From a virus, in IMG/VR virus record IMGVR_UViG_3300031857_000029: a stretch of DNA of 64,000 nt, one strand, 5' to 3'. Shown one piece after another: positions 56,583 to 64,000 of this stretch (positions are counted from its first letter, which is position 1; each line of letters begins with the position of its first letter). The notes beneath the pieces are model-generated. The model had not been told where the DNA came from and did no database searches. It saw only the letters and a list, made by a program, of their open reading frames with translations. The position numbers and the translations under genes were made by a program.

Positions 56583-59039
56583 ATGGCAAATGAATTTATT
56601 GCACGTAAAGGTCTGATAGTCCTTGCGAATGGCGCGAAGGTAACAGGCTCTTTAGGTGTTCAAGGTGATATTAACGCAACTGGCTACAATGTCACGGCAT
56701 CAAACCTCCAGTTACTTGGAAGTGCAAGTATCAATGGTGACATTACCGTTGGCGGAAATCTTACAGTCGGTAATGCGGATATTGATGTCGTCAAGTTCCT
56801 GGCCGAAGTTAGTTCATCTATCGTACCAGATATTAATAATTCGTTTGACCTTGGGTCTGGTTCTAAGTCATGGAAAGACTTATATGTGAGTGGAACCGCA
56901 TATGTTAACAATGTTGCAGCAACAAGTATAACTGGTTCAATAACCGGTTCGTTTACTGGTAATGTAAACGCAACAACATTTAGTTTTGATATAGACGGAT
57001 TTGGTAGCGACCTAACTGGTATCACAGTTGCCGGTACAGACAAATTAATATTATCAGATGGTGGCACCGATGGTCGTATCAATGTCAGTCAACTCGCTAC
57101 ACCACTTGCAGGAACTGGACTTGAAGCAGATGCAGGTACCATTCGTATCGCATCATCAGCAGCAGGTTCTGGTTTAACTGGTGGGGCGGGTTCCGCACTT
57201 GCAGTTGGTGCAGGTAGTGGTATTACAGTAAACCCAGAAGATGTCGAACTTAATACTGGATCTGCACATTTCGTAACTGGTGCAAGAGCAACCATTTCAT
57301 CCACTGATACTACAGGTGCAAGTGGTATTAATCTTAGATACAATCCTGCAACTGGTGTCATCTCTGGTTCTCTTGTTAATAGTTCAGTAACAGTAAGTGC
57401 AGGTAGTGGTTTAAGTGGCGGTGGTTCAGTTAGTCTTGGTGGTACTACTACAGTCACACTTGATACATCATCTGCTCACTTTACTGGTGGTGTTAAGGCT
57501 AAATTAAACGTAGATAATGTTGTCAGTAGTTCAATACAAATTGACCACGATGCAACTACAAACTTTGTAGCAAACGAACACATCGACCACACTGCAGTCA
57601 GTATCACAGCAGGTTCTGGTTTAAGTGGTGGTGGTGACATTACCACAACTCGTACAATCACACTTGATACATCATCTTCTCACTTTAACGATGGTGTCAA
57701 GACTAAGTTAAACACAGAAGGTATATTCAGTAGTTCTGTACAAACCGATGTTCGTAACACCACTGGTATTGCAACCATTGCAACTACTGGTTCAAACACC
57801 TTTACTGGTATTCAAACAATCAGTAACACTACCAACAGTACAAATTTTGCAGATGGTGCATTAATTGTACAAGGTGGTGTTGGTATCACTAAGGATGTAA
57901 ACATCTCTGGTAGTTTGACCGTTACTGGATTGTTGACCGCAGTATCCAGTTCTATCCAATATGTTACATCTTCACAACTTAATATCGGTTTAAGCAGAAT
58001 CACGGTAAATGACGATGACCTAGTAAGATTTGCTGGTCTATCCGTTATTGATTCTGGTTCTACATTTGGTACTGGTTCACTACTTTGGGACAGTCTGAAT
58101 AATCACTGGATAGCTGAAGTTGACGACCAAAATTATAATTCTACTATTTTAATTGGTGGTCCAAAAAATAGTGGTTCACTTGGAAGTGAAATTGGATTAA
58201 CCGCAAATCGTGTTCCAGTAGCAGTAGACACAAACCACATTGATAGTAGACTAGAATCAAGTTCTATCCGTGTTGATTTCCCATCACGACTTACTCATAT
58301 TGAAGCTGGACTGGTTGTAACGGGGTCAGTAACATCTTCAGTAGGATTCTCTGGTGATGGTAGTCAACTTACAGGTATCGTTACAGAACTTGCACTTACT
58401 GGTTCAGATGGTGGTACGGGTACTGTCTCACTTAAGACACAAGCACTTACTGTAGATGGTACAAATGGTCTAACCGCAACCGTTAGTGGTCAAACTATTA
58501 CCATCAGTGGTAGTAATGCAACAACAACTACAAAGGGTGTTGCATCATTTACTGGTTCAAACTTTACCGTCATTGGTGGTGAAGTAAGTTCCAATCCAAT
58601 TAATTTCAACGGTGCAAATATCAATCTTGGTGGGACGCATTCATTTGGTCTTGCAAACATTACTTCACAAGGTGCAAGTACTGCCGACCAAGTTACATTC
58701 AACGGTGGGGCAATTGTACATGGTGTTCTCTTTACTTCTGGTAGTAATCTAGATATTGATAGTGGTACAGAAGTTATTGCATCGGTATCAACTGGAAGTT
58801 TTGACGCAGCATACTTTGATTATGTTGTAAAGAAAGAAAGTAACTATAGAGCAGGTACCGTGACCGCAGTATGGGAAGCAGGTACAGGTAACGTTGAATT
58901 TACCGATGTATCTACCAACGACTTAGGAAATACTGCAGATGTAGTACTCTCAGTAGACCTAGCTTCAGCAACCGCACGGTTGAAGGCAACGGTAACCTCA
59001 GACAATTGGATAGTTAAGACCGCAGTAAGAGCATTATAA
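56583..59039 (+). CDS. Tail fibre-like protein
   Basis: AGSGL.GGG repeats, N-terminus [11 protein letters not shown]. Confidence 0.75.
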   Translation: MANEFIARKGLIVLANGAKVTGSLGVQGDINATGYNVTASNLQLLGSASINGDITVGGNLTVGNADIDVVKFLAEVSSSIVPDINNSFDLGSGSKSWKDLYVSGTAYVNNVAATSITGSITGSFTGNVNATTFSFDIDGFGSDLTGITVAGTDKLILSDGGTDGRINVSQLATPLAGTGLEADAGTIRIASSAAGSGLTGGAGSALAVGAGSGITVNPEDVELNTGSAHFVTGARATISSTDTTGASGINLRYNPATGVISGSLVNSSVTVSAGSGLSGGGSVSLGGTTTVTLDTSSAHFTGGVKAKLNVDNVVSSSIQIDHDATTNFVANEHIDHTAVSITAGSGLSGGGDITTTRTITLDTSSSHFNDGVKTKLNTEGIFSSSVQTDVRNTTGIATIATTGSNTFTGIQTISNTTNSTNFADGALIVQGGVGITKDVNISGSLTVTGLLTAVSSSIQYVTSSQLNIGLSRITVNDDDLVRFAGLSVIDSGSTFGTGSLLWDSLNNHWIAEVDDQNYNSTILIGGPKNSGSLGSEIGLTANRVPVAVDTNHIDSRLESSSIRVDFPSRLTHIEAGLVVTGSVTSSVGFSGDGSQLTGIVTELALTGSDGGTGTVSLKTQALTVDGTNGLTATVSGQTITISGSNATTTTKGVASFTGSNFTVIGGEVSSNPINFNGANINLGGTHSFGLANITSQGASTADQVTFNGGAIVHGVLFTSGSNLDIDSGTEVIASVSTGSFDAAYFDYVVKKESNYRAGTVTAVWEAGTGNVEFTDVSTNDLGNTADVVLSVDLASATARLKATVTSDNWIVKTAVRAL

Positions 59040-59103
59040 GATAATAAGTAAAAAGGTTGTAATACAATAGAAACTTACCTTTGGATAATGAAGAAGGGGA
59101 AAT

Positions 59104-62100
59104 ATGGCAAATGAATTTATAGCCAGAAAGGGACTGGTTGTCCCTACTGGTAGTATAATAGTTTCATCTGGTTCGGTTACCGCAAATGATTTCTTCGGAA
59201 CTGCAAGTCGAGCAGTTACCGCATCATTTGCGTTAAACGCAGCAGGTTCAGGATTCCCCTTCAGTGGTAGTGCAGTCATCACCGGGTCACTTAATGTAAC
59301 CCAGGCGGTGACTGCATCGTTTTTTAAGGGTGACGGGTCACAAATTACAGGATTAAATACTTTAAGTAGTTCAGTAAATATTGATACACATACTTTCCAA
59401 GGTGATGGCTCTACCTCAAACTTTGTATTATCTCAAAGTTATGAACTGTCCTCATTATTTGTTTCTGTCGATGGATTATCGCAAACAAGTATCACAGACT
59501 ATAGTATATCAACAAACATTCTTTCATTTGTAGAAGCACCGCCTTCACAATCAAGTATATTAGTTAGAGCCTTAATAAATGTAACCCAAGGTGCTACGGG
59601 TTCATTTAGTGGTTCATTTCAAGGTGTAATTACAAGTGCAAGTTATGCAGAAACCGCTAGTTTTGCACTAACCCCATCAGGAACTTCTGGTAGTTCGGGA
59701 ACGTCGGGTACATCGGGTAGTTCTGGAAGTACAGGCACCTCGGGTTCATCAGGTAGCACAGGAACTTCGGGTAGTTCCGGTTCAACAGGAACGTCTGGTT
59801 CATCTGGATCAAGTGGTATAGATGGTACTTCAGGAACATCAGGTTCATCAGGAACCTCTGGTAGTTCTGGTTCTACGGGAACCTCAGGTAGCTCGGGAAG
59901 TACAGGAACGTCTGGTAGTAGTGGTAGCACGGGTACCTCTGGTAGCTCGGGTTCAACCGGTACATCGGGTAGTTCAGGCACATCTGGTACTTCTGGTTCA
60001 AGTGGGACTGCTGGTTCTTCTGGAACAAGTGGTACGCTTACATTAACGGGTACCACAGATAATGGATTGATTACTCTCAATGGTTCAGCTCCAAATGCAA
60101 CCGTAGAAAGTAATCTTACCTTTGATGGTAATTCGTTAGTAGTTACAGGAGCAATCACAGCAAGTACTATACGAGTTAATGGTACTGCATCATTACGATA
60201 TTTAGAAACACAATTTGTAACCGCTTCAGTTATCTATGAAAGTGGTTCTACTAAGTTTGGTGACAGCTTTGATGATGTACATCAACGCACTGGTTCACTA
60301 GAAATTACTGGCTCACTTGTAATAAACGGAACTTCGTATACCGCAGCAACTTCTGGAACATCAGGTACTGCAGGAAGCGCGGGCACATCAGGAAGTAGTG
60401 GTACTTCTGGAACATCTGGTTCATCAGGCAGTACCGGAACCTCAGGCAGTTCAGGAACATCAGGCAGTTCTGGTTCTTCAGGAACAACAGGAACTAGTGG
60501 AAGTAGTGGAACTTCGGGAGAAAATGGAAGTAGCGGAACCTCTGGTAGTTCGGGCACAACAGGAACTAGTGGTAGTGCAGGAACTTCAGGTTCTTCCGGT
60601 AGTTCGGGTACTTCAGGAAGCGCCGGTACATCAGGTACCGCTGGTAGTAGCGGTAGTACGGGAACCTCTGGAAGCGCAGGAACAGCTGGTAGTAGTGGAA
60701 CAAGTGGTTCTTCTGGGTCAACGGGCACCTCAGGGTCAAGCGGTTCAACTGGAACTTCTGGTAGTAGCGGCTCAACAGGAACATCCGGTAGTAGCGGTAG
60801 TACAGGAACTTCAGGTTCATCCGGATCAACAGGTTCATCTGGAACCAGTGGAAGTTCGGGAAGTACTGGTACAAGCGGATCAGCAGGAACAAGTGGTACT
60901 ACCGGTAGCTCAGGAACATCAGGTACATTAACGCTCACAGGCACCACTGATAATGGATTAATTACATTAAATGGAACCGCACCAAACGCAACCGTAGAAA
61001 GCAACTTAACATTTGACGGCAGTACCTTAACAGTGGTTGGTAATGAAGTTATATCCGGTTCCACTACAATTACAGGTAACCTCACAGTTCTTGGGTCATC
61101 ATCAATTGGATATCTTACCCAAAGTCAATTAAATATCGGTACCAATTTAATCACAGTTAATGCACTCAATCCTGAATTCCGTTTTGGAGGATTAGCTGTT
61201 ATTGATTCAGGATCATCACCAAAAGTTAGTGGTTCGTTATTATTTGATTCCATTAATGACCAATGGATATTCATTCATCAACAAGTAGCAGGGGCAGGTA
61301 CTACATCATCCGTATTATTAATGGGCCCGCAAACCTTTAATGATGTTGGGAACGAAACGAATTTAAGTACAAATAGAATTCCAAAGAGTAATAACTCAGA
61401 ACATCTCTCAGACTCCATCATTACGGATAATGGGTCGCAAATAACTGTTAGTGGGTCGGTATCTGCATCCTCATTTACAAGTTCTATTTCAAACGGAGTT
61501 GGCTTCTTTGGCACCGCATCTTATGCATTAACTCCTGCGGGAACTGCGGGTAGTAGTGGAACATCTGGTAGCTCTGGCACATCAGGTTCATCAGGTAGTA
61601 CAGGAACCTCTGGTAGCAGTGGTAGTGCGGGAACCTCTGGCTCGTCTGGAAGTACGGGAACATCAGGAAGCTCAGGAACAACAGGTACTTCTGGAAGTTC
61701 GGGTACATCTGGAGCAGGGGGAAGTTCTGGAACCAGTGGAACAGCTGGTAGTTCGGGAACTACTGGAACTAGTGGCAGCGCAGGAACTTCTGGTTCGGCA
61801 GGAACTAGTGGTAGCGCAGGTACATCTGGAACCGCAGGTAGTTCTGGTACTTCTGGAGCAAATGGTTCATCTGGCACTTCTGGCTCATCAGGAAGTAGTG
61901 GAACTACGGGAACCAGCGGTAGTTCGGGTACTTCTGGAGCAAACGGTAGTTCCGGTACCTCTGGTAGTTCAGGAACATCAGGCAGTTCTGGTACGTCGGG
62001 CTCATCAGGAAGTAGTGGAACTACGGGAACCAGTGGTAGTTCAGGCTCCACAGGAACAAGCGGTTCTTCTGGTAGTACAGGTACATCTGGAAGTAGCGGT

Positions 62101-63963
62101 AGTACTGGAACATCTGGATCTTCTGGAACAGCTGGTAGTTCTGGTACTTCTGGGGCAGGAACCATTAGTGGCGGAGCAGCCAACAGAGTTGCATTCTACT
62201 CAGGAGAAACATCACTCACAGGAAGTGCAAATCTTACCTATGATGGTAATTCACTAGTAGTTACTGGTCCTCTTACTGCAAGTGCTTTAAGAGTTAATGG
62301 TACAGCATCAATTAGATATTTAGAAACACAATTCGTAACATCATCTATTATCTTTGAATCTGGTTCTACAAAATTTGGTGATAGTTTTGATGATGTTCAC
62401 CAAAGAACTGGTTCGCTAGCAATTACCGGTTCGTTAACTATAAATGGTACCTCGTATACAGCAGCAACTTCTGGAACATCGGGTACTTCTGGTAGCGCAG
62501 GTACATCAGGCACCAGCGGTAGTTCAGGTACCTCTGGTAGTTCTGGTTCTACGGGAACAAGCGGTTCATCAGGTACATCCGGATCATCTGGCACATCAGG
62601 TAGCTCAGGATCTACAGGTACCTCAGGCTCATCTGGAACCACTGGTACATCAGGTTCTTCTGGAAGCACTGGTTCATCGGGTACCTCGGGTTCTTCTGGA
62701 ACTACGGGCACATCTGGAAGTTCTGGTACCAGTGGCTCTTCAGGAAGTTCTGGTACAACCGGGTCTAGTGGTACCACGGGAAGTAGTGGTACTTCGGGTA
62801 CATTAACATTAACTGGTACTAAAGATAATGGTTTAATTACCTTAAACGGGTCTGCCCCAAACGCCTCGGTCGAAAGTAATCTAACCTTTGATGGAAATTT
62901 ATTAACCGCTATCGGTAGTGGTAATTATCAAGCAGCAATTAGTGGAAGTACTGCTGCAGCATATACACAATTGTATATCAACGGTACTGGTCGTGCTTAT
63001 GGCATTGGTGTTGGTAACGCAAGTGAAACTACATACGGTGTAGCAAACGAATTCTTCCTATTTGACCACAATGCAGCAGCAATGCGATTGGCAGTTGATA
63101 TCAATGGTAACATTGGTGTCGGTACAACCAGTCCAGTAAACAGATTACAAATTGCGGGTAATGTCTCAGCGTCATCATATACCAGTTCTATTTCTAACGC
63201 AGTAGGATTCTTTGGTACCAGTAGTGTAGCAGTATCTTCGTCACATGCAACCACCGCATCATTCGCACTAAATGCTGGTGGAGCTGGTTTCCCATTCAGT
63301 GGTAGTGCAGTTATTACGGGTTCATTGTATGTATCGGGTAGTAATATCTCTGGGTCATTTGTTGGCGATGGTAGTGGATTAACCAATGTAAACGCCGCAC
63401 TGAATGTAATTGAATCTTCATTTGTTGGAGATGGTACCACCACATCATATTCACTGGGAGCTAGTTATCCAGCAAAATCATTAATTGTTACAGTGGATGG
63501 ATTAAGATTTAATGCTCCAGACGATTTCACTATGTCTGGAAACAATGTAGTATTTACCTCAGCACCACCATCTTCATCAACAATATTCGTTTCGGCGCTA
63601 ATAAACACCGCAACAAATGTTACGGGGTCATTTAGTGGGTCATTCTTTGGTAATATTGCTAGTGCAAGTTTCGCAACTAGTGCGTCATATGTACAACCAA
63701 GCGGGTTACCATCTGGTGTAGTCTCAGCTTCTTCACAAATTAGTATAGTGGCTGATAACCATGCATTAGTGGGGGACGGGACCACTACTATATACACACT
63801 ATCCCAATCGTATTCGCCGGCAATACTAACGGTGTCGATTGATGGATTGGTAAATACATTGACGGAAGATTATACAGTATCTACGAATCAACTCACATTC
63901 GTTTCCGCACCTCCGTCCTCGTCAAATATCTTGGTAAAAGGTATTAGAATAGCACTAATATAG
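59104..63963 (+). CDS. Long fibre protein with Gly-Ser/Thr collagen-like blocks
   Basis: 1619 aa; four G-X-Y blocks separated by repeated globular modules. Confidence 0.8.
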   Translation: MANEFIARKGLVVPTGSIIVSSGSVTANDFFGTASRAVTASFALNAAGSGFPFSGSAVITGSLNVTQAVTASFFKGDGSQITGLNTLSSSVNIDTHTFQGDGSTSNFVLSQSYELSSLFVSVDGLSQTSITDYSISTNILSFVEAPPSQSSILVRALINVTQGATGSFSGSFQGVITSASYAETASFALTPSGTSGSSGTSGTSGSSGSTGTSGSSGSTGTSGSSGSTGTSGSSGSSGIDGTSGTSGSSGTSGSSGSTGTSGSSGSTGTSGSSGSTGTSGSSGSTGTSGSSGTSGTSGSSGTAGSSGTSGTLTLTGTTDNGLITLNGSAPNATVESNLTFDGNSLVVTGAITASTIRVNGTASLRYLETQFVTASVIYESGSTKFGDSFDDVHQRTGSLEITGSLVINGTSYTAATSGTSGTAGSAGTSGSSGTSGTSGSSGSTGTSGSSGTSGSSGSSGTTGTSGSSGTSGENGSSGTSGSSGTTGTSGSAGTSGSSGSSGTSGSAGTSGTAGSSGSTGTSGSAGTAGSSGTSGSSGSTGTSGSSGSTGTSGSSGSTGTSGSSGSTGTSGSSGSTGSSGTSGSSGSTGTSGSAGTSGTTGSSGTSGTLTLTGTTDNGLITLNGTAPNATVESNLTFDGSTLTVVGNEVISGSTTITGNLTVLGSSSIGYLTQSQLNIGTNLITVNALNPEFRFGGLAVIDSGSSPKVSGSLLFDSINDQWIFIHQQVAGAGTTSSVLLMGPQTFNDVGNETNLSTNRIPKSNNSEHLSDSIITDNGSQITVSGSVSASSFTSSISNGVGFFGTASYALTPAGTAGSSGTSGSSGTSGSSGSTGTSGSSGSAGTSGSSGSTGTSGSSGTTGTSGSSGTSGAGGSSGTSGTAGSSGTTGTSGSAGTSGSAGTSGSAGTSGTAGSSGTSGANGSSGTSGSSGSSGTTGTSGSSGTSGANGSSGTSGSSGTSGSSGTSGSSGSSGTTGTSGSSGSTGTSGSSGSTGTSGSSGSTGTSGSSGTAGSSGTSGAGTISGGAANRVAFYSGETSLTGSANLTYDGNSLVVTGPLTASALRVNGTASIRYLETQFVTSSIIFESGSTKFGDSFDDVHQRTGSLAITGSLTINGTSYTAATSGTSGTSGSAGTSGTSGSSGTSGSSGSTGTSGSSGTSGSSGTSGSSGSTGTSGSSGTTGTSGSSGSTGSSGTSGSSGTTGTSGSSGTSGSSGSSGTTGSSGTTGSSGTSGTLTLTGTKDNGLITLNGSAPNASVESNLTFDGNLLTAIGSGNYQAAISGSTAAAYTQLYINGTGRAYGIGVGNASETTYGVANEFFLFDHNAAAMRLAVDINGNIGVGTTSPVNRLQIAGNVSASSYTSSISNAVGFFGTSSVAVSSSHATTASFALNAGGAGFPFSGSAVITGSLYVSGSNISGSFVGDGSGLTNVNAALNVIESSFVGDGTTTSYSLGASYPAKSLIVTVDGLRFNAPDDFTMSGNNVVFTSAPPSSSTIFVSALINTATNVTGSFSGSFFGNIASASFATSASYVQPSGLPSGVVSASSQISIVADNHALVGDGTTTIYTLSQSYSPAILTVSIDGLVNTLTEDYTVSTNQLTFVSAPPSSSNILVKGIRIALI
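59680..62799 (+). repeat. Four 9-bp-period G-X-Y coding repeat blocks (about 59680-60036, 60355-60924, 61540-62154, 62473-62799)
   Basis: Gly every third residue, X/Y mainly Ser/Thr; roughly 40, 64, 69 and 37 triplets by coordinate arithmetic. Confidence 0.9.
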
Positions 63964-63973
63964 AGGTAAAAAA

Positions 63974-64000
63974 ATGGTTTTATTAGAGGTTTCTTTATAT
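63974..64000 (+). CDS. Start of next ORF (partial)
   Basis: SD GAGGT then ATG; open to the window end. Confidence 0.45.

Noticed and set aside
59680-62799. Repeat arrays as CRISPR or DGR template/variable repeats
   Set aside because: 9-bp coding periodicity with synonymous variation; no constant repeat-spacer structure, no adenine-specific mismatches, no reverse transcriptase or cas gene
59643-63797. Long minus-strand and alternative-frame ORFs (PEVP/PDVP-rich) over the fibre gene
   Set aside because: Expected shadow of G-S/T codon repeats lacking antisense stops; no SD or promoter support
1-64000. Stop-codon reassignment
   Set aside because: Core genes are intact under code 11; TAA, TAG and TGA all end genes with tight downstream coupling

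Overview
This is a 64 kb, AT-rich, almost entirely plus-strand segment of a large T4-like (myovirus, probably jumbo) bacteriophage genome using the standard genetic code. Region 1-9.4 kb is accessory/host-takeover: an atypical tRNA-Gly, a tmRNA, C39-like peptidase, HNH and HD proteins, Hsp20, UvsE, GT2 glycosyltransferase, an IMPDH/GMP-reductase family enzyme, a lysozyme-like protein and a gp55-like late sigma factor. Region 9.4-25.4 kb is baseplate genes. Region 25.4-29.9 kb is a resolvase, a primase and a single-chain Mre11-Rad50 fusion. Region 30-49 kb is a ligase-like/nucleotidyltransferase multidomain protein, the large terminase, a cluster of small putative internal head proteins, portal, prohead protease, ribosomal protein bS21, scaffold and major capsid protein. 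Region 49-64 kb is neck, sheath, tube and fibre genes, including a Gly-Ser/Thr collagen-like protein. The most unusual signals are: (i) a structured RNA cassette after hsp20 with a Cys-rich micro-ORF and a 12-nt perfect complement of the 16S rRNA 3' tail displayed in a hairpin; (ii) a pervasive (S/T)-(G/A/S)-S motif largely confined to surface-exposed virion proteins, a possible glycosylation sequon; (iii) a TA(T/C)TTAT late-promoter motif that is the reverse complement of the T4 one; (iv) shared N-terminal capsid-targeting-like leaders on many small head-region proteins. All assignments come from motif recognition by eye; no database search was run.
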